Shown here in pieces: positions 43,810 through 52,345 of a stretch of 64,000 nt of DNA (its first letter is position 1; the number at the start of each line of letters is the position of its first letter). The position numbers were made by a program, and so were the translations under genes. The DNA comes from a virus. Location: IMG/VR virus record IMGVR_UViG_3300045988_133686, positions 46,838-110,837 of that record; one strand, 5' to 3'. The notes beneath the pieces are model-generated. The model worked only from the letters and a program-made list of their open reading frames with translations, was not told the DNA's origin and made no database searches.

Positions 43810-44100
43810 TTATTTCACACCATAACTGCAAAAATCATCTGGATATACGCCTTCATCCCATTGCGTACACCATAAAACTCCTTCAACATACAGGTTTTCT
43901 CGACTATCTTCTCGATTTAACTCACGGCAATTACCACAATCCTTACACCGTGTCACCGCCACTGCATCAACAGTTGGCGCGGCATCTATCAAGGTGTGCA
44001 TTAGTCGAATTGCTGTTCCACCCGTTACTGACCAGTCCTCATCAGATATGTTATATGGTTTGACGCGGGCGCGCATCAAATCAGCATCAACAAGTCTCAT
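43810..44100 (-). CDS. hypothetical Cys-containing protein
   Basis: 96 aa; MRLVDADLM.. N-terminus common in phage small proteins; CKDCGNC motif. Confidence 0.5.
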   Translation of the reverse strand: MRLVDADLMRARVKPYNISDEDWSVTGGTAIRLMHTLIDAAPTVDAVAVTRCKDCGNCRELNREDSRENLYVEGVLWCTQWDEGVYPDDFCSYGVK

Positions 44101-44132
44101 TTACCATTCCTACAAAAAGTCTCTTTACGATC

Positions 44133-44513
44133 TTATGGCTTAACATCGACCGTAACAGGGAATTCAGTATGAAAATGCAGCTCATAATGGTACGGGTCAG
44201 CATGCGTGCCAGTAATATCCTCAACAACATACATCGTGTAATCGTTGAGATAGATGTAATTCTTCTTGTAGGTACTAGGGCCAGTTTTAACAGTGACAAC
44301 CAGCTCATTGGTACTATTGTTGGAGATGTCCATGTAACCTTCGGCATATAGAATAACTAGATCGGTACGGGCATTATATACAGTGATACGCCGCTCAGAT
44401 TCAAAATATTGCGCCTGTTGAGACAAATTGTAGTTGACCTTATCGGCTTCGGTGCAGCCCGTTAGCATCATCACAAGGCACACGGCCAACGCCGCAATCA
44501 GTTTCTTTTTCAT
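44133..44513 (-). CDS. lipoprotein
   Basis: MKKKLIAALAVCLVMMLTGC signal peptide with lipobox LTGC. Confidence 0.65.
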   Translation of the reverse strand: MKKKLIAALAVCLVMMLTGCTEADKVNYNLSQQAQYFESERRITVYNARTDLVILYAEGYMDISNNSTNELVVTVKTGPSTYKKNYIYLNDYTMYVVEDITGTHADPYHYELHFHTEFPVTVDVKP

Positions 44514-44535
44514 GTGTTTTCCTTCCCTACTACTG

Positions 44536-45192
44536 CTATCTGGCATTCAGCTTCACTCCAAAAACTTCTTCTGCATTAATATTCCATATCGTAGCAATAC
44601 TTTTCATCATATCAATGACTTCTGCGCGCTTCTTCCGTTCCTCTGCATTCTCTCTATTTATTAAGTACGATGCTAAAATTTCAGAATTGAGTTTGCAAAG
44701 CGGGCGAACGCCACCGTTGCCGCTATCTGGGTAGCTGCTGTTCAAAGAGCCGTCCGAATCGACGTAGCGGATGTAAGAATTTGTCAGACTGTCCGGCGTA
44801 GCCGTCCACCACCAACGATCCGGAAGCGCCGGAATGTTGCCGCGCAAAAGGCGGTATTGCTCGCAAGTGATAAGTCCAATTCTGGTAAAAATGTTTTCAC
44901 AATTCTTCAAACCATCATCTGCGGTCAAGTCAATGTCAAAATACCTAAACATTTCTTTCGGCGCGCCCGCCTTAATCAGACGGCGCAAGAATTCGCCGTT
45001 CAGATAGACACGAAGGGAAGAAGCGACAAAGTCGTTCTTGTTCCCTTCATCGAAGGCGCGTTCCTCGACGCAATCGGAAGCAATGCACTTTACCCAATCC
45101 TCGCCTGTCTGAATGATCGTCCAGGCGATTCCGCCCATTACAAATTCCTGTTTCAGCTCAAAGCCGTGTTTATTCTCTGTCATATTAAACAC
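44536..45192 (-). CDS. DUF6273-like protein
   Basis: SSLRVYLNGEFL ... RWWWTATP ... GGVRPLCKLN pattern typical of DUF6273 family. Confidence 0.5.
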   Translation of the reverse strand: MFNMTENKHGFELKQEFVMGGIAWTIIQTGEDWVKCIASDCVEERAFDEGNKNDFVASSLRVYLNGEFLRRLIKAGAPKEMFRYFDIDLTADDGLKNCENIFTRIGLITCEQYRLLRGNIPALPDRWWWTATPDSLTNSYIRYVDSDGSLNSSYPDSGNGGVRPLCKLNSEILASYLINRENAEERKKRAEVIDMMKSIATIWNINAEEVFGVKLNAR

Positions 45193-45240
45193 CCCTGTTA
45201 TTTAATATTTCTTACTGCCATCATTTTATCGCAACGATGT

Positions 45241-46230
45241 TTACTTCCAAAACCCAGCCCTATCGTTACTAAAATCCGCACCTACAATCCCGCCATGCTT
45301 TGCCAACACCCCATCTACCAGCTCAACTGGCACATAACCATATACCGTATCACATGGCCGCTCTTTATCTTCTGCATAATCTATCAGCTCAAAATCTTCA
45401 TCACTGGGATAACCGAGTTCGACTTTATCAAAATGATCCGCATCTGCTCTCGGAGAACAGTAATGATATTCACCAGCTTGCACCGACACCGTATACCCAT
45501 CCGTACACTTTACACGTGGGCGAACGACTTGTATGCCATTACAACACTGCTTTCGGTATTTTCGCAAAAAATCATTGATGTTCATGCTATGCTGCTGCTC
45601 CTTTTCTCTCTTCGCATCGCTTTCTTTAAGCATTAGAGGCAATACCGCCTCTGCGTAAGCACACGCCGCTATATACTGCGCCTCATAGATCGTGCCGCCA
45701 TGTACACTCTTGACGCGCGCCTTAAACTCATCCATACCGCTAAACCAGCACCCCGCGCGGACAAACATTGCTCCATCCTTATCGATGTAAAAGTATGCCG
45801 TCCTATGCGCACTGCCGATATTGCCAATTTGCACATACAGACCGTCCAGCACACGCCCGCCCTCGAACGTTGCACGCACGTCAATACACTTGCCCAGCAC
45901 GCACCCGTCGCCCAGCTTGCAGCCGTTTCCCAGCACGCACCCGTCGCCCAGCTTGCAGCCGTTTCCAAGCTCGCACCCGTCGCCCAACTCGCACCCGAAG
46001 CCCAGCGCACACCAGTCACCCAGCTTACACCCGTCGCCCAGCTTGCACCAGTTGCCCAGCTTGCAGCCAACGCTCAATACGCAGCAGTTGCCCAGCGTGC
46101 AGCAGTTGCCGAAGATTACCCTGTCCGCCGCACCAAAGTCGATCTCAGTGCAGTCCGTGTATTCAGGGATTATCAAATAACCATCCTTGCGCTTCAGTGC
46201 GTCAAACTCCGCTTGTGTCATCTTACGCAT
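45241..46230 (-). CDS. protein with Cys-containing hexapeptide tandem repeats
   Basis: ATG 46230 after GGAGGA; about 12 repeats of C-(K/E/V)-L-G-(D/N)-(G/W): GCKLGNWCKLGDGCKLGDWCALGFGCELGDGCELGNGCKLGDGCVLG... Confidence 0.65.
   Translation of the reverse strand: MRKMTQAEFDALKRKDGYLIIPEYTDCTEIDFGAADRVIFGNCCTLGNCCVLSVGCKLGNWCKLGDGCKLGDWCALGFGCELGDGCELGNGCKLGDGCVLGNGCKLGDGCVLGKCIDVRATFEGGRVLDGLYVQIGNIGSAHRTAYFYIDKDGAMFVRAGCWFSGMDEFKARVKSVHGGTIYEAQYIAACAYAEAVLPLMLKESDAKREKEQQHSMNINDFLRKYRKQCCNGIQVVRPRVKCTDGYTVSVQAGEYHYCSPRADADHFDKVELGYPSDEDFELIDYAEDKERPCDTVYGYVPVELVDGVLAKHGGIVGADFSNDRAGFWK
45889..46113. repeat. imperfect 18-bp tandem repeats (coding)
   Basis: Units such as CACCCGTCGCCCAGCTTG / CAGCCGTTTCCCAGCACG repeated about 12 times inside 45241..46230. 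Confidence 0.8.
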
Positions 46231-46552
46231 TTTTGTCCTCCATTTTCGCGCCGCAGTTTGGACAGAATTTAGGCAACCAATTAGTATACGCATCCGCGTA
46301 GCGGCATACCGGACACGTCACAAGACGTCTGCCGTCGTGTAGCAGCAGAACGTCCCACTGGTATTCCTGCACCGCCTGTAAGTCAACCGTTGCAAACTTT
46401 TCAACCATCTCTGTCACAATATCAAACACATCTAACTCACGTGGTAGAGATATAATGTCAAAGTCGTTCAAATCCCGCTCGCTCCGGTATTGACTTTTGC
46501 GCTCTTGGATTGCATTGTGTAGTCTATATTTATCAATATACTTAGATTCCAT
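46223..46552 (-). CDS. hypothetical protein with C-terminal zinc ribbon
   Basis: CPVC ... CPNCG motifs. Confidence 0.5.
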   Translation of the reverse strand: MESKYIDKYRLHNAIQERKSQYRSERDLNDFDIISLPRELDVFDIVTEMVEKFATVDLQAVQEYQWDVLLLHDGRRLVTCPVCRYADAYTNWLPKFCPNCGAKMEDKNA

Positions 46553-46589
46553 ATTAGCTATTCCTCCCTGTGCCTTTCAATGCTTTCTC

Positions 46590-47009
46590 TCATGCTCTTA
46601 CTTCATCCCAACCTAACAACTCTTTCGCAACCCTTATTGCGTTTTCTATATTACAGGCCGGAGCTGCGTTAGCTGCCTTCGCCAACTGCAACACCGCCAG
46701 CAACTCATGATATTCGCGCAAATTAAAACGACCGTGCTTGTTTCGTCGCACGGCCGCCAACCATTCCTGATAATCACTTTGGTCTTCTGATGTTAATGGA
46801 AATCCGGTTTCAGATTCTATTCCCAATTTCGAGAGCGTGAATTGATCGTCAATCTTGAGATCACCGTCACCAGATTCCCATACCGTTGTTATCTGTGTTT
46901 CTATTATATCATGTTCTACATCTCTCGTAATAACACCCGGCGGCACATCCGTGATATGCTTGATAATTTCGCGTACTTGCTCGTCTGTCACGGAAACAAA
47001 TGTCAGCAT
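46590..47009 (-). CDS. hypothetical protein
   Basis: 139 aa, co-oriented, no motif recognised. Confidence 0.5.
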   Translation of the reverse strand: MLTFVSVTDEQVREIIKHITDVPPGVITRDVEHDIIETQITTVWESGDGDLKIDDQFTLSKLGIESETGFPLTSEDQSDYQEWLAAVRRNKHGRFNLREYHELLAVLQLAKAANAAPACNIENAIRVAKELLGWDEVRA

Positions 47010-47099
47010 CTACTCTCCCCCTACAGCCACAATAATGTTTACTATCAATGCCGCGGCGAGCAGAAAGACACCCGCCGCCATATAAATAACAAGTCCCAC
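47010..47099 (-). CDS. possible 29-aa membrane peptide
   Basis: GTG 6 nt after GGAGGA; GLVIYMAAGVFLLAAALIVNIIVAVGGE; TAG abuts next ATG; weak. Confidence 0.3.
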   Translation of the reverse strand: MGLVIYMAAGVFLLAAALIVNIIVAVGGE

Positions 47100-47151
47100 C
47101 GGCAATCCTCCATAATAAAGAGCCGCTGTGTTCCCACAACGGCCCAATCCA

Positions 47152-48327
47152 TTACGCTACTCTCAGTCTGCCCGCAGTATAAACGAAATTCGCAATCGCC
47201 GTATCGACCTCCGCGGCTCTTTGTTTCAATTCAGAACTCACAATGCCCTTCATCATACTTTGCAGTGCTTCCTTCGCATTGCTCATCGTCTTACACGCGT
47301 TATCGATACTGGACAGCTCCCGCACCTTCGCCTGAAGTGCCTTGTTTTCTTCCTGCAAGCGCTGCATCTCGTTCGCTTGAGCGTCCGGGTCTTCCGGCAG
47401 CTTATCTTCCAGTTCTACGATCTTCTGACGCAACTCAGGAATCTCACTCAGCGCCTTGTTCTTTTCGCGCAGGTGATCCTTGAGCTGGGCAATGCTGATC
47501 TTGTACTTGCGGATTTCCTCCTGCATCTGCACGATACTCTCAACATCGTCACCACCGCGCCCTTCCTCCAGAGCATCACAGCGCTGCACCATGCGCTCCA
47601 GACGATCCTCGAACTCACTGGCCTCCGCGTTCAGTCGCTCAATCTCGGCATCCTTGTCGCGCACCGTCTGGATCAGTTCTTTGATTTTCGCCTCGGAAAC
47701 CTTATCGTCACCTTCGGGTACCGCGTCAGCCACCTCGCGCTGCTGTTCGGCAGGCAAAGATGCGATTGCGATCAAGCCAGAAGCGCTCACTCGATTTCCA
47801 ATTTCGTTTCCAACTTCGTCATCAAGTGCGGCCAACTTATCCAGGCGACCCACTGCCGAACGCGACGTGTGGAGATCTTCGCACATATCGTTGATGTTGC
47901 GGTACATACCGATAGGCGACCGCTTACTGTCCTCGCTTGCGCCATGACCGCGATTGCCGTACAAGCGGCGCAACTCATTCAGCACTCTCGCCTGCTGATA
48001 TACCGGCAGCCCACTCAGCCCGCCGCGGCTCATCACGTTGCTGGCGAGCAGATCGTACAGCATCATATCATCGTTATCATAGTCGCGCACCTGACACTGA
48101 ATCTGCTCGTAGCCACAAGTAATTGCTGCCCGCACTCTGCGATGCCCAGAGACAATCACGCCGGTCGAGCTTACCAGCGGCATATCGATAATGCCGCGTT
48201 CACGCACAGAGGTTAGAAACTCCTCATCGTCTGCGACCGCAGGGAAAAAGTAATCATTGCGGGGATGTGACGTCAGTTCATTAGGGTTGAGTACCATAAT
48301 CGTAGAGGGTACATTAATAAGCTGCAT
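47152..48327 (-). CDS. ParB-like N-terminal-domain protein with long coiled-coil C-terminus
   Basis: LTSHPRNDYFF...DMPLVSSTGVIVSGHRRVRAA (ParB/Srx GxRR motif); C-terminal 200 aa heptad-rich. Confidence 0.75.
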   Translation of the reverse strand: MQLINVPSTIMVLNPNELTSHPRNDYFFPAVADDEEFLTSVRERGIIDMPLVSSTGVIVSGHRRVRAAITCGYEQIQCQVRDYDNDDMMLYDLLASNVMSRGGLSGLPVYQQARVLNELRRLYGNRGHGASEDSKRSPIGMYRNINDMCEDLHTSRSAVGRLDKLAALDDEVGNEIGNRVSASGLIAIASLPAEQQREVADAVPEGDDKVSEAKIKELIQTVRDKDAEIERLNAEASEFEDRLERMVQRCDALEEGRGGDDVESIVQMQEEIRKYKISIAQLKDHLREKNKALSEIPELRQKIVELEDKLPEDPDAQANEMQRLQEENKALQAKVRELSSIDNACKTMSNAKEALQSMMKGIVSSELKQRAAEVDTAIANFVYTAGRLRVA

Positions 48328-48375
48328 GATTGACTCCTCCTTCGTTTACAGAACTGGTGTTCTCTCTATAGTGGT

Positions 48376-48405
48376 ATTATACAGCACATATGTTCCCGTT
48401 GTCAA
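48376..48405 (-). promoter_or_regulatory. consensus sigma-70 promoter upstream of ParB-like gene
   Basis: Minus strand TTGACA - 18 nt - TATAAT; spacer contains ACATATGT palindrome. Confidence 0.6.
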
Positions 48406-48617
48406 TGATATTTTTCCTCACCTCCCGTCTGGTCCGGGAACACAATATAGATACTCAAGTGTAGCGCTCGACATATCGCGTAAGCCACCGGCACAGTTGG
48501 GTCGCAATATCCATTTTCCAATTTGGACAAATGCCCAACGCTAACCCCGCAGCGTCTCGCCAACGCCCGCAATGTAATGTCTCGCTCGTAGCGGATAGAT
48601 CCAAGATTATTTTTCAT
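48402..48617 (-). CDS. XRE-family HTH transcriptional regulator
   Basis: ITLRALARRCGVSVGHLSKLENG helix-turn-helix. Confidence 0.75.
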   Translation of the reverse strand: MKNNLGSIRYERDITLRALARRCGVSVGHLSKLENGYCDPTVPVAYAICRALHLSIYIVFPDQTGGEEKYH

Positions 48618-48701
48618 GATCTCAGTCTGCCCGCCCGGCGATTCTTGATTCCTTTAAGTGATTCCAATTTTAGCATAAAGCTTGTTTCTTATGGGAAACA
48701 C

Positions 48702-49085
48702 TTAACCTATTTTAACACGCCGTCTTCTCATAATTTCGAAACTGGACACCGCCGCTCCAACCTCAAGTGGCTCATAGCAGAATACTCGTAGGAACCCATT
48801 TGGAGTGCAATCAATTACCCAATTTTGCTCCAGATTATCTCTTTTCCAGTTTCCAATCCCATCTAGGTGTAGTGCATCGGAGCACCCGCCCATACGGCAT
48901 ACTGCATGGCCTTTGTTACATGCAGCAAATGTCATGTTACCCCACCCACTATCGTGTATCGACCTTATGTCGGTCGGATAAATAATCACGCTATCAAACG
49001 CTGGTGCTTCCTCTTGGCTGTACGGCGTCCAATACGGCAAATTCTCGAAATCGTCCATGGTCATTCTCATAATATCCGTTTCCAT
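48702..49085 (-). CDS. hypothetical protein
   Basis: ATG 49085 after GGAGGGAAG; track extension upstream is palindrome translation. Confidence 0.5.
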   Translation of the reverse strand: METDIMRMTMDDFENLPYWTPYSQEEAPAFDSVIIYPTDIRSIHDSGWGNMTFAACNKGHAVCRMGGCSDALHLDGIGNWKRDNLEQNWVIDCTPNGFLRVFCYEPLEVGAAVSSFEIMRRRRVKIG

Positions 49086-49113
49086 ATCTTCCCTCCAAAT
49101 GTAATCCAATGTC

Positions 49114-49136
49114 AGATATCCCAACTTGGGATATCT
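49114..49136. repeat. 23-bp perfect palindrome, copy 3 (opposite centre base)
   Basis: AGATATCCCAACTTGGGATATCT; begins 1 nt after TAA of antirepressor gene. Confidence 0.9.
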
Positions 49137-49137
49137 C

Positions 49138-49914
49138 TTACTTTGTGCTCGCCAAGAACTTGTTTACGAAATACTGCTGCCCTTTACCAGTCACCTTCGG
49201 AGTTTTCGTTACGATGATCTGCCCGTCCGGTTTTGTCACCGTGCGTTCTTTGATCTCGAACCAGCCCGCCTCCATGCTTTTCTGCGTCGGCGAATTATAA
49301 TCGCTACCGTGCCGCTTAATAAGATACCCGTTCTCGCGCATCCACGAATACAGTCTGTTCTGCCCGACGTCAACCCCATTTTGTTTGATGAGCTTTGCCA
49401 AATCACTAATCAAAATTGAATTCACAGATGAGTCCACGGCCTCCGCGAAGAGTACCTTCGGCTTATCTTCTTCGATTTTCTCATTAGCCTTTCGCAAAGA
49501 ACTGAGCGTTGCCTTGAACATAGCCCGCGACTCGCCATCAAGTGTTGGCATATAGGTGTTAATGAACAGTTCGTCATTGTCAATGTAACCACCCGTGCGG
49601 CGGATCATTGGCAAAACATCATCAAACACCCAGCGCTCGAACTTCTCAGCCGACGGGAGCTTGCTATGAGTAATAAGTCTATACACATCACCCTCCGGTA
49701 TGAACAACATCTCAAGTTCCTTATCCGGTGCCTGCGGATGAGGTACGCCCCGTTTTAGGGCATACCGGCAATGAGCCGTGATAGCATTTCTTGGCTTCGC
49801 ATATCCTAAAGCTGCCGCGATATCCAGACCGCAGAACAATGTCTTTCCGCCATCGTCAATAACTCTTACCTGCCCGAACTCTTCATTCTTAAAAACCTGT
49901 ATCCCGTTTTCCAT
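49138..49914 (-). CDS. phage antirepressor (Bro-N + KilAC/ANT domains)
   Basis: N-terminal FKNEEFGQVRVIDDGGKTLFCGLDIAAALGY (Bro-N pattern); C-terminal ..PTQKSMEAGWFEIKE.. (KilAC pattern). Confidence 0.75.
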   Translation of the reverse strand: MENGIQVFKNEEFGQVRVIDDGGKTLFCGLDIAAALGYAKPRNAITAHCRYALKRGVPHPQAPDKELEMLFIPEGDVYRLITHSKLPSAEKFERWVFDDVLPMIRRTGGYIDNDELFINTYMPTLDGESRAMFKATLSSLRKANEKIEEDKPKVLFAEAVDSSVNSILISDLAKLIKQNGVDVGQNRLYSWMRENGYLIKRHGSDYNSPTQKSMEAGWFEIKERTVTKPDGQIIVTKTPKVTGKGQQYFVNKFLASTK

Positions 49915-50089
49915 TAGCTATTTTTCTCCTTGCTTTACCTCTTATTCGTCATCTTTTGCAACTTGTTGCAAAACATCGTACCCACAAGTGGGCATAGTAT
50001 CTTCCCCCACTAATGGGGGAAACCAAAAGAAAAAGCTGGGCACCTAGCTCAACTTTCATCACCTCTATTCGGTTGTCTGATGTGTCTAT

Positions 50090-50098
50090 ATTATAGCA
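50090..50098 (-). promoter_or_regulatory. extended -10 element TGCTATAAT
   Basis: Minus strand TGC-TATAAT about 175 nt upstream of antirepressor start; no good -35. Confidence 0.35.
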
Positions 50099-50102
50099 CG
50101 TT

Positions 50103-50303
50103 TCAATCATCACGCGGCACATAGTGCATATATCTACAAGATTGGCACCGCGGCCCTTCCATATCGCGCCACCGCAACATGTTTAGCAACATATCCGTAA
50201 ACCATCGTGCGTCCACAATCGGCCTGCCGTCCTTGCTTGGCGAAACGCATTCGACCGCTGCCTGCAAAACCTTTTTCAAATCTTTTTCCAAAACCGCTTT
50301 CAT
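50103..50303 (-). CDS. hypothetical 66-aa protein downstream of RloB gene
   Basis: ATG 50303 4 nt after GGAGGT; C..C motif near C-terminus. Confidence 0.45.
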   Translation of the reverse strand: MKAVLEKDLKKVLQAAVECVSPSKDGRPIVDARWFTDMLLNMLRWRDMEGPRCQSCRYMHYVPRDD

Positions 50304-50363
50304 TGTTACCTCCATAAGAAAGCACCACCCAAGGAGTTCTATTCTCCTGGGTGGTGTTACCAA

Positions 50364-51020
50364 TTACCTTAATTTGGTCAGGAAATCAATAGCTTCATAG
50401 ACGGTTGAAAATGTTAAGCACCTCTGGCACAGCCAACGATTTCGTTCGTCAGTATCTTCAATCCCAGGCAGCCCTTCCCGCAATAAGTTAGCCACCGTCC
50501 TTCTAGCATTCGCCGTCGCTGCTTGATACCGCTGTGCAATTCTTGCCGTAATATCAACATCGCCCTTCCGGTAACTGGGTTCTTTGGCGAGCAGGCGGCG
50601 CATAACCTGTTCCTTCTCCGCTACTGTCTGGATAGGCGGTGCATACATCTCATAATGCAACATCAGCCAGTATTCAATACACCCGGTTGTCATCAGAAGC
50701 CGAACCCTGATCTCCGGTTTCTTTCGCAGAGAGCGCAACCGCTTTATGATCTTTAACCTGGCGTCCCACAACCCTATGTCTTTTGTCTCTACGTCAAAGA
50801 AGAACCATATTTCATCTGTCACCTCAGCCTTATCGCGATATCTATTATCCTTTTTGAATTTGTTATCGGCTATCTCGAACAAACCTACCGCACTGGGAGA
50901 CTTAATAACAGCAACGTCATCGAATTCCTTCCGTAGAAACTCAACATACGTCTGTTCACTTTCTCCTTCACAGAACACAACGATATATGGTTTCTCTTTT
51001 CTTAAAGGCCGCGTCATCAC
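50364..51020 (-). CDS. RloB-like (Toprim-related) protein
   Basis: YIVVFCEGESEQTYV ... FFFDVE ... TGCIEYWLMLHY match RloB pattern (ILIVCEGEKTE ... D.D ... SNPCFE.WLLLHF); ATGATGA overlap with ATPase. Confidence 0.75.
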   Translation of the reverse strand: MMTRPLRKEKPYIVVFCEGESEQTYVEFLRKEFDDVAVIKSPSAVGLFEIADNKFKKDNRYRDKAEVTDEIWFFFDVETKDIGLWDARLKIIKRLRSLRKKPEIRVRLLMTTGCIEYWLMLHYEMYAPPIQTVAEKEQVMRRLLAKEPSYRKGDVDITARIAQRYQAATANARRTVANLLREGLPGIEDTDERNRWLCQRCLTFSTVYEAIDFLTKLR

Positions 51021-52318
51021 TCTACCTCCGCGATCTCAACGTCAGGAACCGCCCCGTACTTGCCAACAAGATACCCCTTGCGAATGTTTTCAGTTGTCCG
51101 TGTCGCGAAATCACTCATAGCGTATAGTTCCGACACCCCATCTCTGTCCCGCTTATCGACCAAATAGATCTGGTCTTTACGAATCAGTTCGAGGTTCATC
51201 AATTCTGTGTTGTGGGTCGTGAAGATGATTTGCGCGCCGTTGGGATTTGTGTCTTTGCTTTGGAATTTGGCAACGATGTAATCCACCAAGGCCGGATGAA
51301 GTTCGCGTTCCAATTCGTCAACCAACAACACGCCACCAGTGCGCAATGCGGATTCGATCGCTGGGGCAAGCGCCATCAACTTGCGCGTGCCGTCCGATTC
51401 CTCCGAGAGTTCCAGCGAATAAGACACCTTCTGTCCGTCATAATTCACACCCTGATGACTTGCTTTTGCGGACACCTTTCCCATTTTAAGATAAACTTCA
51501 TTGTTGTTAGAGGTTTCAGACAAGGTTTGCATAAACTTGACTAACGCAGCCTTCACTTCTTCTGGGAGATCAGTCGGTAAGGACTCACCTTTGTGAATTT
51601 CCTTACTGTTAAATACAAACCGCATATCCTGAATACCAACATCCGCGGCCTTTGCGTAGTCCGAAATTGCATTCAGCATGTTTTTGTCTTCCGAATACTC
51701 AATAAGCTGCTGTGGGATGTCCGAGTAGTCTCTGGAAAAGAATACCTGGTTCCTGAACCACTGCATGGCGGCTATACACTGGGCATCATTTGTCGTGCAG
51801 GCGACGGAAAAGAAAAGCTGGTTCGGGGCTACCATTTCTCCAATCACACCGCGCTTTACCTTTTCTTCAGTAAAGGTAAACTTCTGTCCGGCGCGGTTGA
51901 AAATCATCGCCTTCTGACCTTTAGGTGCATGATAAAGGTACTCTGAAATAACATGTTCCCGCGTAGCCGCAAACCCGTACCAATACTTTACGCCGTTTGA
52001 AATATACTCAAAGTTAAACTCCGTCGGTTCATTTGCGGAATAGTCATTCAGCGAGAACGGATTTACCGGTACCGCCGTTCCGTCATGCTGCGTTCGCTGC
52101 GCATTGCGAATAAACTGCACAGCCAGCCAGAGCGCACGGATCACGTTACTTTTCCCGCCGCCATTCTTACCATAGATCGCGGCGGCGGGGAGTAATTTCA
52201 TTGTAGAAGACGCCGGAATCAGGCAACTCTTATACGAGCTGAGTCCTGTAGCTTCCATTGACAAAACAGCTTCGTCTCTGAAAGAGCGGTAATTCTTGAA
52301 GCGAAACTCAATTAACAT
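51017..52318 (-). CDS. ABC/AAA_21-type ATPase (AbiLi/AriA-like)
   Basis: Walker A GKNGGGKSN, Walker B VLLVDELERELHP, H-loop FTTHNTEL; ATG 52318 after GGAGGTGG. Confidence 0.8.
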   Translation of the reverse strand: MLIEFRFKNYRSFRDEAVLSMEATGLSSYKSCLIPASSTMKLLPAAAIYGKNGGGKSNVIRALWLAVQFIRNAQRTQHDGTAVPVNPFSLNDYSANEPTEFNFEYISNGVKYWYGFAATREHVISEYLYHAPKGQKAMIFNRAGQKFTFTEEKVKRGVIGEMVAPNQLFFSVACTTNDAQCIAAMQWFRNQVFFSRDYSDIPQQLIEYSEDKNMLNAISDYAKAADVGIQDMRFVFNSKEIHKGESLPTDLPEEVKAALVKFMQTLSETSNNNEVYLKMGKVSAKASHQGVNYDGQKVSYSLELSEESDGTRKLMALAPAIESALRTGGVLLVDELERELHPALVDYIVAKFQSKDTNPNGAQIIFTTHNTELMNLELIRKDQIYLVDKRDRDGVSELYAMSDFATRTTENIRKGYLVGKYGAVPDVEIAEVE

Positions 52319-52345
52319 CAGACCACCTCCATTGAGATCATTTAT

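Noticed and set aside
45889-46113. Possible CRISPR-like array
   Set aside because: The repeats are contiguous 18-bp units with no spacers. They lie in frame within a CDS, and no cas genes are present.
45669-46301. Four overlapping ORFs (both strands) across the 18-bp repeat region
   Set aside because: They are by-products of the tandem repeats. Only the minus-strand frame giving the C-x-L-G-D-G periodicity has an RBS and continues into a non-repetitive C-terminal domain.
47161-47174. 14-nt exact repeat CTCAGTCTGCCCGC, also at 48622..48635
   Set aside because: A few 14-mer coincidences are expected by chance in 64 kb considering both strands. One copy is coding, and no shared context was seen.
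47128-48216. 362-aa + strand ORF antisense to the ParB-like gene; similarly 58471..59352 (+, 293 aa) antisense to the recombinase and 61579..62298 (+) antisense to the second ParB-like gene
   Set aside because: No RBS, low-complexity Arg/His/Leu-rich translation, and the opposite strand carries recognisable domain motifs.
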